From positions 1 through 25,027 of the forward strand of contig JAIRKB010000190.1 in assembly GCA_031260385.1 (NCBI GenBank): a stretch of 25,027 nt of DNA, given 5' to 3'. The DNA is from Propionibacteriaceae bacterium. Lineage in GTDB: Bacteria; Actinomycetota; Actinomycetes; Propionibacteriales; Propionibacteriaceae. Positions 1 through 10,800 of the stretch are shown piece after piece (within the stretch, counting starts at the first letter, position 1; each line of letters opens with the position of its first letter). The translations under genes and the position numbers were made by a program. Under the pieces are notes generated by a model. That model saw only the letters and a program-made list of their open reading frames with translations. It was not told the DNA's origin and ran no database searches.

Positions 1-541
1 CAGCGGCCAATCCGGCCACCAGGAGACCGACGGCGTCATCGAGGGTGTCCGCAGTGGGAGCGCCAACCGGGGTTGGGTTCACTCCCAGGCGGGCCGCCTG
101 GCGACGTTGATCGTCGTCGAAGGCTTGGCCGAGCACTAGGTTGAGTATGCCCGTGGCCGCCCCATGGGCCCGCTGGGGGCTGACCCCCGCTTCGATCAGC
201 CCTTGCTCTAGTTGATAGCCGATCCCGGCTTGCCAGTCCTTACAGGTGAGAGCCGACCAGACCAACTCGGCGCCATCACGATATTTCGACAGCAAGGCAT
301 GGAAGCGGGCGGCCCACAGTCTCACCCGGGTCAGATCGCCACCGGAAAAGGCCGGTAGATCGGCCAGGATGACAGCGGCGATGGCATCAAGTAGCGCTTG
401 TTTGGAGGCGAAATGCCAATAGAGGGCACTTGGTTGGACACCGAGGTTAGCGGCGATCCGGCGCATGGACACATCGGCTAGACCATAGGTGTTGAGGATC
501 GTACACGCCGTAGCGACGATCTGGTCTTGGCTGAGGTTCAC
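1..541 (-). CDS. bioQ: TetR-family repressor, BioQ-like biotin regulator (3' end runs off the window)
   Basis: Not in the ORF track. Hand translation from GTG at 541 is open to position 2: MNLSQDQIVATACTILNTYGLADVSMRRIAANLGVQPSALYWHFASKQALLDAIA...LLSKYRDGAELV...LVLGQAFDDDQRRQ...VGLLVAGLAA. It has a TetR HTH and a TetR_C-like region. A TGAAC-N3-GTTCA palindrome 20 bp upstream matches the published BioQ operator. Confidence 0.8.
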   Translation of the reverse strand, partial: MNLSQDQIVATACTILNTYGLADVSMRRIAANLGVQPSALYWHFASKQALLDAIAAVILADLPAFSGGDLTRVRLWAARFHALLSKYRDGAELVWSALTCKDWQAGIGYQLEQGLIEAGVSPQRAHGAATGILNLVLGQAFDDDQRRQAARLGVNPTPVGAPTADTLDDAVGLLVAGLAA

Positions 542-547
542 CAACCC

Positions 548-553
548 AGCCTA
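548..553 (-). promoter_or_regulatory. -10 hexamer TAGGCT, probable leaderless promoter of bioQ
   Basis: Minus strand reads TAGGCT-gggttg-GTG, a 6-nt spacing to the start codon with no Shine-Dalgarno. Confidence 0.6.
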
Positions 554-560
554 GTCGACT

Positions 561-577
561 ATTGAACGATGTTCAAT
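561..577. promoter_or_regulatory. BioQ-type operator ATTGAAC-gat-GTTCAAT
   Basis: Perfect 7-3-7 inverted repeat containing TGAAC-N3-GTTCA, between the -10 and -35 regions of the TetR gene. It overlaps the stop codon of the upstream ORF (573-575). Confidence 0.8.
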
Positions 578-1238
578 TCCGCCGATTGCCGCGTTTGTTG
601 ACTGGGAACAAGGCCGGTGGGTCAATCACCAGATCGGAATCGAGCGGGTTGCCGTAGCGCTCGAAATCTTCGAAGGGGATGTTGAGCACGCCCTCGAGGA
701 GCACGTCGCCGATCCAGACCGCTTCGTTCATTCGATCAGGGTCCGGGGTCACCTCAAGGACATCCTCCGCTAGCGTCAAATAATTGGTGAAACGCCCTTC
801 CGCCTCCCAGAGGTGCCCCGGCCATTGGTCGGGGGAAATCTGCAGTTCGTCGGCGATTTGGCTCGTTTCCCAGGCATCAACGTAATAACGCCACAGAGTC
901 GTCCGTACGGGAACGTCGAGACTGTAGAAGGCCCAGGCGGCTGCCCGGCGCTCAGGGGCCGGTGTCCCCTCGGTGCCCAAGACCGCAAACCAGCGACTAA
1001 TAAAGGAGTTGAACTGGGTTTGCTGTTTGCCGACGATATCAATCCACTCCAAGAAGGAGGTGGCTAGAGCTTTCGTCGTCTTGATGTCAGCGCTCGGGTT
1101 GGTTTTCGCCGCCAGGGCCGCCGCCGCGTAATAACGGTTCCATAGTTCCGTTATCGCGTCGCGGTCATCGGAACGCGCCCGCACCAATAATCGGTCGTCG
1201 GACGTTAAGTCCACATAGGTCGCCTCGCCTCGTCCCAT
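573..1238 (-). CDS. ECF sigma-70-like protein, apparently degenerate
   Basis: N-terminal SDDRLLVRARSDDRDAITELWNRYY resembles the start of ECF region 2. AFYSLDVPVRTTLWRYYVDAWETSQIADELQIS resembles region 4. The core region 2 DxxQ motif and the region 4.2 recognition helix are poorly conserved. Confidence 0.6.
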   Translation of the reverse strand: MGRGEATYVDLTSDDRLLVRARSDDRDAITELWNRYYAAAALAAKTNPSADIKTTKALATSFLEWIDIVGKQQTQFNSFISRWFAVLGTEGTPAPERRAAAWAFYSLDVPVRTTLWRYYVDAWETSQIADELQISPDQWPGHLWEAEGRFTNYLTLAEDVLEVTPDPDRMNEAVWIGDVLLEGVLNIPFEDFERYGNPLDSDLVIDPPALFPVNKRGNRRN

Positions 1239-1278
1239 GTCACACTGCCTCCTAAACCCCCACCCTGTTTGTTGCTAG

Positions 1279-1322
1279 CCGTCACGGCATCCGGCCGTAA
1301 CCGTCACTGTATCCAGCCGTAA
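1279..1322 (+). repeat. Tandem 22-bp direct repeat (2 copies)
   Basis: CCGTCACGGCATCCGGCCGTAA (1279-1300) and CCGTCACTGTATCCAGCCGTAA (1301-1322), 19/22 identical. Confidence 0.85.
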
Positions 1323-1378
1323 CGAATGTTAGTACACACCGCGAGACTGGTCTACTCCCGACTCTCACCAGATGGGGT

Positions 1379-1564
1379 GTGACTTATACTGAAGCCATGA
1401 CTTTGGCGACCCCAGCCCCACCGAAGACCGGTGATGAGGGCCTTGATGTGATCTTGGAACAGGTGGCGACGCTTGGCGATCAGCCGCTCGGGGACCACGC
1501 TGCCGTGCTCGATGAGGCTCAATCTCGGCTCGCCGGGCTCCTAACGGGTGATCGTGCGCCTTGA
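1379..1564 (+). CDS. Small hypothetical protein upstream of tlyA
   Basis: 61-aa ORF overlapping the tlyA start by 17 nt. The helical LxxLxxxPLxxHAAVLxEAxxRL pattern resembles the small gene commonly found before tlyA in Actinobacteria. Confidence 0.6.
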   Translation: MTYTEAMTLATPAPPKTGDEGLDVILEQVATLGDQPLGDHAAVLDEAQSRLAGLLTGDRAP

Positions 1565-2282
1565 TCTCGCCCTCGTCGAGCGAGGCCTAGCCCGCTCTCG
1601 CAGCCATGCCCGCCAGTTGATCGATAGCCGGCGCGTCTGCGTTAATGGACTAACTAATCTCAAGGTCGCCTCCACAGTTACGCCCGACTCCCTAATTGAA
1701 GTCGAGTTGGATCCGTACGTTTCGCGGGGCGCTCACAAGCTCCTCGCAGTCTTGGACCAGTCAGATTTGGTGATCCCAGCACGGGTCCTTGATGCTGGCG
1801 CCTCCACCGGCGGTTTCACTCAGGTCCTTCTGGAGCGGGGTGCCCAGATCGTTTACGCTGTCGATGTCGGTCACGGCCAACTAGCCGAGACTCTGCGAAG
1901 CGATCAACGGGTGATCGTCCACGAAGGTGTCAACCTACGCGATCTCGATCTCAGCCATGTCGGCGGGCAACCGGTTGACCTAGTGGTCGCCGATGTTTCC
2001 TTCATCTCCCTGCAACTGATCTTGGATCGCCTTTTCGCCGTGCTGAGCCCGACCGGTGCCGCTCTCGTGCTCGTCAAACCGCAGTTTGAAGTCGGCCCAG
2101 CGAAGCTTGTCAACGGTTTAGTACGCCGGGAGACGGACCGGCTCGCGGCGGTCGACGCCGTCGTGGCCCACGGGCGTCGGTTGGGTTGGGTGGAGATCTG
2201 GCGCCGAGACAGTGCCATCAGCGGCCAAAAAGGCAACCAGGAGACCTTCTGCTTGTTCGCCCCCAGCCCTAGACGACGCTGA
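1548..2282 (+). CDS. tlyA: TlyA family rRNA (cytidine-2'-O)-methyltransferase
   Basis: S4 domain RLDLALVERGLARSRSHARQLI, followed by YVSRGAHKL, LDAGASTGGFTQVLL, DVSFISL and LVKPQFE. Confidence 0.96.
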   Translation: MIVRLDLALVERGLARSRSHARQLIDSRRVCVNGLTNLKVASTVTPDSLIEVELDPYVSRGAHKLLAVLDQSDLVIPARVLDAGASTGGFTQVLLERGAQIVYAVDVGHGQLAETLRSDQRVIVHEGVNLRDLDLSHVGGQPVDLVVADVSFISLQLILDRLFAVLSPTGAALVLVKPQFEVGPAKLVNGLVRRETDRLAAVDAVVAHGRRLGWVEIWRRDSAISGQKGNQETFCLFAPSPRRR

Positions 2283-2826
2283 CCCCAGCGACCTCGAGTT
2301 CGTCCCGTACTGCCAGGTTCGTTGGATCAACCGCCGCTGTCAGGTCGGTAATTACGGTCGTACGATAACCGAGGCGCGCGGCATCGAGGGCGGTGTGCTT
2401 AACGCAGTAGTCGTAAGCAATGCCAACCACCACGACCTCGGTGATCGCCTGGGCTTTCAGATAGTCGTCGAGGGTGGTCCCTTGGGCATCCTCGCCCTCA
2501 AAACCGGAGTACGAAGCGGTGTAAGCCCCCTTGTCAAAGACGGCGTCAAGGCGGTCGAGTTGCAGATCGGGATGAAACTGGGCTCCAGGCGTCCCAATGA
2601 CGCAGTGAGCCGGCCAAGTGTCGACAAAGTCTGGGGTGGGGGAGAAGTGATCACCGGGATCGATATGGGCATCCCGCGTCGCCAGGATCAAGTCTGGATT
2701 AATGGTGCCAAACTCACCTAACCAGGCTGTGATCTTCGCCGCCGTCGCCGCGCCCCCGGCGACCGCCAACGAGCCGCCCTCACAAAAATCGTTCTGAACA
2801 TCGACAATGATGACCGCTTGACTCAT
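2269..2826 (-). CDS. pncA: Nicotinamidase/pyrazinamidase
   Basis: VIIVDVQNDFCEGGSLAV, DAHIDPGDHF, WPAHC, FDKG and GIAYDYCVKHTALDA motifs. ATG at 2826 is preceded by GGAGG, so it is preferred over the track start at 2853. Confidence 0.95.
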   Translation of the reverse strand: MSQAVIIVDVQNDFCEGGSLAVAGGAATAAKITAWLGEFGTINPDLILATRDAHIDPGDHFSPTPDFVDTWPAHCVIGTPGAQFHPDLQLDRLDAVFDKGAYTASYSGFEGEDAQGTTLDDYLKAQAITEVVVVGIAYDYCVKHTALDAARLGYRTTVITDLTAAVDPTNLAVRDELEVAGVSVV

Positions 2827-2900
2827 GGTTCCTCCAACATCGGGTTCCCTCATTTTCTCACATCACACATCGAGGGCGTGAAACCAGTAGAGTTGAGGCC

Positions 2901-3803
2901 GTGAATAATGGGTTTTCCCGACGGATCGCCGTTTGGATTCATACCGTGCGTCCGGGCGCCTTGGACGCGGCTTGTCAGTTCATTGAAATGCTGCCAGGTG
3001 AGGTTGAATGCTTGGTCCGCCCCGAGGCGCGGGAGCTGATCCAAGCGGCCATTCCCCAAGCCCCGCTCGCCGATATTACCCCCCAATCGCTGCCGAGTGC
3101 TGAGGTGGTGGTGGTCTTTGGCGGGGACGGCACGATCTTACGGGCGGCCGAGCGGGCGCTCGAAGCCGATATTCCAGTCTTGGGGGTCAACCTCGGCCAC
3201 GTTGGTTTCCTCGCGGAGCTCGAAATGTCCCAGATGGATGAGTTGGTCGACCATGTCGTGCGAGGGGATTTCGTCCACGAGTCGCGGCTCACTATCGAGG
3301 TGACGGTCTATCGCGATGGCGACCCGACGCCGCTCTGGCGAACGGTGGCGGTAAACGAGGTCAGCCTGGAGAAGGCCGCCCGGATGAAGATGATCGACGT
3401 TATGGTCTCGATTGACAACCTCCCGGTCTCGCGCTGGGCCTGTGATGGCCTTTTGGTGTCAACGCCGACTGGTTCAACCGCCTATGCCTTCTCCGCCGGA
3501 GGCTCGGTGATGTGGCCGCAGTTGGAGGCTTACCAAGTGGTGCCGCTTGCCGCTCATGCCCTCTTCGCCCGCCCGATGGTCTTAGCACCGAGCTCGGCGG
3601 TCCGCTTGGAGTTGTTAGGCGAGGTGCCAGCGGTCTTGACCTGTGATGGGTCACGCAGTATCGAGGTTGAGGTTGGCTCGCGGCTAGAGATCGCCCGTTA
3701 TCACCATGATCTGACGGTAGCGCGGTTAAGTGAGCAGCCTTTCACCTCGCGGTTGGTCAAGAAGTTTGCTTTGCCGATAGAAGGCTGGCGAGGGCGGGGG
3801 TAA
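2901..3803 (+). CDS. nadK: NAD kinase
   Basis: GGDGT, GVNLGHVGFLAE, VNE and DGLLVSTPTGSTAYAFSAGG motifs. TAGAGT at 2888-2893 lies 7 nt before the GTG (leaderless-type). Confidence 0.97.
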   Translation: MNNGFSRRIAVWIHTVRPGALDAACQFIEMLPGEVECLVRPEARELIQAAIPQAPLADITPQSLPSAEVVVVFGGDGTILRAAERALEADIPVLGVNLGHVGFLAELEMSQMDELVDHVVRGDFVHESRLTIEVTVYRDGDPTPLWRTVAVNEVSLEKAARMKMIDVMVSIDNLPVSRWACDGLLVSTPTGSTAYAFSAGGSVMWPQLEAYQVVPLAAHALFARPMVLAPSSAVRLELLGEVPAVLTCDGSRSIEVEVGSRLEIARYHHDLTVARLSEQPFTSRLVKKFALPIEGWRGRG

Positions 3804-3805
3804 CG

Positions 3806-5503
3806 ATGCTAACGGAATTAACGATCAAACAGCTTGGGGTGATTGAGGCGGCGACGATGGCACCGGGGCGCGGTTTGACGGTCGTCACCGGCGAGACGGG
3901 GGCGGGGAAGACGATGGTGGTCTCCGGCTTGGGTCTAATCGCCGGGGCCCGCGCCGACACTAGTACGGTCCGCAATCGCCAGGGTACGGCCCTGGTGGAG
4001 GCTCGTTTCACCGACCTGAGCCCTCAGGTCTGGTCTCAGATTGAAGCGGCTGGTGGTTTGGCTGAGGAAGGGGAATTGCTGATCACCCGCCAAGTGGCGG
4101 TCGAAGGTCGCTCTCGCTGCTGGATCGGTGGCGCTGGGGTGACCGGCACGACCCTCGCCCAGGTCGGAGCGGAACTGGTGACGATCCACGGTCAGTCGGA
4201 GCAGGTCCGATTGTCCACCCCAGAGCGGCAACGGCAAGTCCTCGATCGCGCCGCCGGGCCCGAGCTAGCGGTGATCCTGGCCGATTACCGTCAGTTATAC
4301 GAGGAACGTCGTCAGATCGGTGAGGAACTGGAGTTGTTGAGCGCCTCGGCTCGGGAACGCGCCCGGGAACTCGACATGCTGACCTACGGACTAGATGAGA
4401 TCGACAAGGTGGCGCCGAGCGCCGGGGAAGACGAGGCGCTGGCCTCGGAAGCGAAACGCCTCCAGGATGCCGACGATTTGCGCCGCTTGGCCTTCACCGC
4501 GATGGTGGCCTTGGCTGGCGATGAGGCCATGGACGTCACCTCGGTGGTGACCCTCGTGGCCCAGGCGCGCCGAGCACTAGCCCAAGCCGCTCTCAGCGAT
4601 GAGCGAGCCCAGGGGTTGGCCGGTGCGGTCGAGGAGATCGCGGTCTTGGCGACCGACCTGGCCGGCGGGGTGGCCAACTATTTGGCGGACCTTGCCGCCG
4701 ATCCGCTCCGACTGGAGTGGATCGAATCCCGGTTGGCGGAGCTCAAGGGTCTGACCCGGAAATATGGCGCCAATGCGACCGCTGTCCTGGCCTGGGCCGC
4801 CGAAGCCCAAGCCCGCTTAGGGGAACTAGAGCTCTCCGATGAGCGGATTGATCAGTTAACCGCTCGTCTGGAGGCTCTCGATGGCGAACTAGCCGAGCGG
4901 GCGGAACGGATTCGCCAGTTACGGTCGGCGGCGGCGGCGATCTTCGCCGAACAGGTGGCAGCCGAACTGATCGATTTGGCGATGCCTAATGCTCGGGTGG
5001 AGTTCGCTCTGACGCCACTAGCGGAGTTGGGCCCCTATGGCGGTGATGGGATCGCCATGCTCTTTACGGCTAATCCCGGTAGTGAACCGGCCCCGCTCGG
5101 ACGGGTGGCTTCCGGGGGTGAGCTTTCCCGGGTCCGTTTGGCGATTGAGGTCGTGCTCGCCGACGCTAGTGAAGGGGCTACCTTCATCTTTGACGAGGTG
5201 GACGCCGGGATTGGCGGCATTGTCGGGCTTCAGGTCGGGCTCCGACTCGCCCGCTTGGCTCGGCAGGGGCAGGTGATCGTCGTCACCCACCTCGCCCAAG
5301 TGGCGGCTTTTGCGAGCACCCACTATGTCGTACGGAAAACTGATGACGGGGAGGTGACCGCTTCCGACTTAACGGAAGTTCGAGACACTGAGCGTCGGAT
5401 GGAGTTGGCCCGGATGATGGGGGGGCTGGATTCCTCCGCGACCTCCTTGGCTCACGCCCGCGAGTTGGAGGCCCAAGCTCAGTCGATGATGGCCGCTAGT
5501 TGA
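3806..5503 (+). CDS. recN: DNA repair protein RecN
   Basis: Walker A GETGAGKT, VTIHGQ, a coiled coil, ASGGELSR signature, FDEVDAGIGG and VTHLAQVAA. Confidence 0.97.
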   Translation: MLTELTIKQLGVIEAATMAPGRGLTVVTGETGAGKTMVVSGLGLIAGARADTSTVRNRQGTALVEARFTDLSPQVWSQIEAAGGLAEEGELLITRQVAVEGRSRCWIGGAGVTGTTLAQVGAELVTIHGQSEQVRLSTPERQRQVLDRAAGPELAVILADYRQLYEERRQIGEELELLSASARERARELDMLTYGLDEIDKVAPSAGEDEALASEAKRLQDADDLRRLAFTAMVALAGDEAMDVTSVVTLVAQARRALAQAALSDERAQGLAGAVEEIAVLATDLAGGVANYLADLAADPLRLEWIESRLAELKGLTRKYGANATAVLAWAAEAQARLGELELSDERIDQLTARLEALDGELAERAERIRQLRSAAAAIFAEQVAAELIDLAMPNARVEFALTPLAELGPYGGDGIAMLFTANPGSEPAPLGRVASGGELSRVRLAIEVVLADASEGATFIFDEVDAGIGGIVGLQVGLRLARLARQGQVIVVTHLAQVAAFASTHYVVRKTDDGEVTASDLTEVRDTERRMELARMMGGLDSSATSLAHARELEAQAQSMMAAS

Positions 5504-5573
5504 TTCCAGTTCAGAAATTGGCCTAGCTTTGGCATGTCAGTTGGCGTCGTTCGGTGATGATTCGGTAGGCTGA

Positions 5574-7789
<2,216 letters not shown>

Positions 7790-7866
7790 ATTAACTCCCT
7801 CTCGAGGCTCCCCATGAAAGAATAATTGATAACCGGGGAGCGAGGGAAACCTCGTCGACTCAAATA

Positions 7867-10800
7867 ATGTGGGAATTTTGGGGGATTAGGGTGACGCGAC
7901 AGGTGTGGCAGGCCCTAGTGCCAGTGTTGGCATTAGCGGTGCTATTTTCGGTTTTTATTGGTCTGGTGGTGACTGGTCAGGCCCGCAGTGAGCAGGTTCT
8001 CGATCTTAATAACTCCGGTGTCTGGGTGACCTCTGATGCCAAGAGTGTTTTCGCGCGGATGAACCGCAGTGCCGGAGCGGTCGATGTCGTGCTCTCCGAC
8101 TCCTCTCAGTTGCGGTCATCAAGGCTTGATGTCTTACAAGATCAGGAATCTATCCTCGGCTGGCAGCCGGATCGGGGACGGTTTTTCCCAATTGACACTA
8201 GTTCTGGTCGGGTGGTCGACGGGGTTGAACTGATCGTTGATCCAGGAGCTCGGATCAGCATGGGTGGTGGGATCTTGGCGATGCTAAACACCCTCGGCGA
8301 GGTCCGGGTGGTGGCGTATGCCCGAAATCAGACCCTCGATCCTTCCGGGCTTCAATCGGGACGTACGACTAGGGCGAACCTCCAAAACCTGGCTGGGGCG
8401 GTGGCAATCGCCGTCGACTCCGCCGGAACAATCTTTGCGGCCTCAGCCTCGGGGGAGTGGGCCTTGGTCCCCAAGAATGGTCCAACCCGCAGCGGGTCGG
8501 TGACGGCGATCGGGGAAGTCCTCACCTCGATCGAGGTGACCCTCGTTGGTGGGATTGGCGTGATCGCCGATGTCTTAACCGGCGAAATCTATACCACCGA
8601 AGGTGGTCGGCACCATCTCGGGTCCGACACTGGCATTGTTTTGCAGCAGCCTACGGCCACCGGCGATCGACTGGTTGTCGGGATGCGGACTGGCCTAATG
8701 TCGTTGTCGCTGCGTAGCGATGGATCCTGGGCTACGCTTTATTCGGTGCCTGACCCAGGCGCTGGACGCCTAGCGAGTGCCCCAGTGGTGTTGGGGGGCT
8801 ATGTCTATGGGGCCTGGAGCGGCCAGCCAGCCCTGGTGGTCCGCCTCGCTGAGGATGGTTCGCGGATCATCGACGATGGGCTAGGCGCCAACGATGGGGG
8901 CCCCCGAACCTTGATCGACCCGGTTTTCCGGGTGAATTATGGGTCAGTGATTCTTAATGACCTCCAAACCGGTTGGGTCTTTGATGTTGACCAACAGGTC
9001 TCGCTCAGTGATTTGGAGTTGACCGAAGATGACGCGCCGGGGGCCGATGATCAAGCGTCGAGCCGAGTTGATCCGGTGACGGCGATCGATGACCATATCT
9101 GGGTGCGTCCCGGGCAGGTCTCGGTTCTACATGTGCTTGATAATGATCTCAATCCGAGTGGCGGCATCCTGGTGATTGCCGCCGTCGGCGCGGTCAGCGT
9201 TGGTCAGGTCGCGATTGCGCCGAATGGGCAGACCCTGGTTTTCACGCCACCCCTAGGACATTTTGAAGACATTGTCTTTAGCTACTCGGCCTCGAACCGT
9301 TCCCTGATTGGTGGGGACTCCGAGGAGTCAAGCTCGACCGCCCAGGTAACCCTATCCATGCGACCGCCAGATCGGAACTCACCCCCCACCCAGCTAGAGG
9401 CTAGTGATCGAAGCGCCTACCCGGTGGTTAGCGGGGGTACGGTGGCGATTAGCCCCTTGGGTAACTGGCGCGATGGTGACTGCGATCCTCTGGTGATCGT
9501 CGGGGCCGCCGACTCAGCGGGGCGACTAGTCCCGGTCACAAATCAGTCGGTGATTCAATACACCGCCCAGGCCGGGCTATATTCCGAAGAGGTTGCGGTG
9601 ACCTACGTGGTGATGGACCCGCTCGGGGCTACCGCTAGTGGGGAAGTTATCGTCCAAGTCCTGGGATCGTCTGTCACCCATGGGGTGCCTCCGATTGCCA
9701 ACGCTGATGTTGTGCGCGGAGTCATTGGCCAGCCGCTGACGATCTCGCCCCTCGACAATGACCAGCCGGGGGCCGATCCAACTACCAGGGACCCGAAGTT
9801 GAAATTGTCCGCACCGGTCGAAGGCCGGATCGGCTTGATCGCTCAGACTGATTTAGCCTCTGGGGTAATCACCGTCACCGCCTCTCGCAGTGGAACCTAC
9901 TTCCTGGACTACGCCATTACCTATGGCTCAATGTCGGACTCCGCGGTGATTAGGGTCGATATTGTGGAACGTGATTCGATTCTGGCGATGCCGGACGCCA
10001 TGGTCTTGTATGGTCGGGTCGGCAGCTATGTGGATGTGCTCGCCAATGATCATGACCCGGGCGGTTCCGTGTTAACGGTGGTGTCAGCGACCCCTCAAAT
10101 CGCCGACCTCCTGCGGGTAGCGATCGTCGATGGTCGATGGGTGTGGGTCCAGGCGAAGACCGATAACCCTAGCCTGGCGGCCTGTGTGATTGATTATGTG
10201 GTCACTGATGGCTCTGGTAATGAAGCGATTGGGCAGATCACGGTCACCCTCCATCAGGCGATTGCCAATGATGTGGTCAGGGCGGTTGATGATTATGCCG
10301 TCGTCCGAGCCGGTGATGCCACTTTGATCCCGGTTCTCAATAACGATGTCGCTACCTCTGGGCAGAAACTGGTTCTCTTCCCCGCCGCAGCGGACTCGAC
10401 TCTGCCCGCCGGCCAACTGAAGGTTACCAACCCAGGTGGAGGGTCGACTGCCGATACTGACTACGGTCAGGCCTATGTCGACGGGGATTATGTTCGTTAT
10501 GTCGCCCCGCAACACCTCGCTGCGACCGAACGGATCCGGGTGGAATATCTGGTTGGTATTGCCGGTGGCACTCCGGTCAGCGGCGTAATTTGGATCGATG
10601 TGATCCCTCAACCCGATCAACATCTCGTCAACCTGCCGCCGCAACCGTCCGCCTTGGAGGTTCGCTGTGTCCGCGGGTCAACGATCGAAATCTATGTCAC
10701 TCCTTATGGTCAGGATCCGGATGGGGACTCGGTGACAGTGGTGGGGCTAGCGGTTCCCCCAAAGTATGGTCGGATTGTCGAGATTCGGGGCAACACGCTG

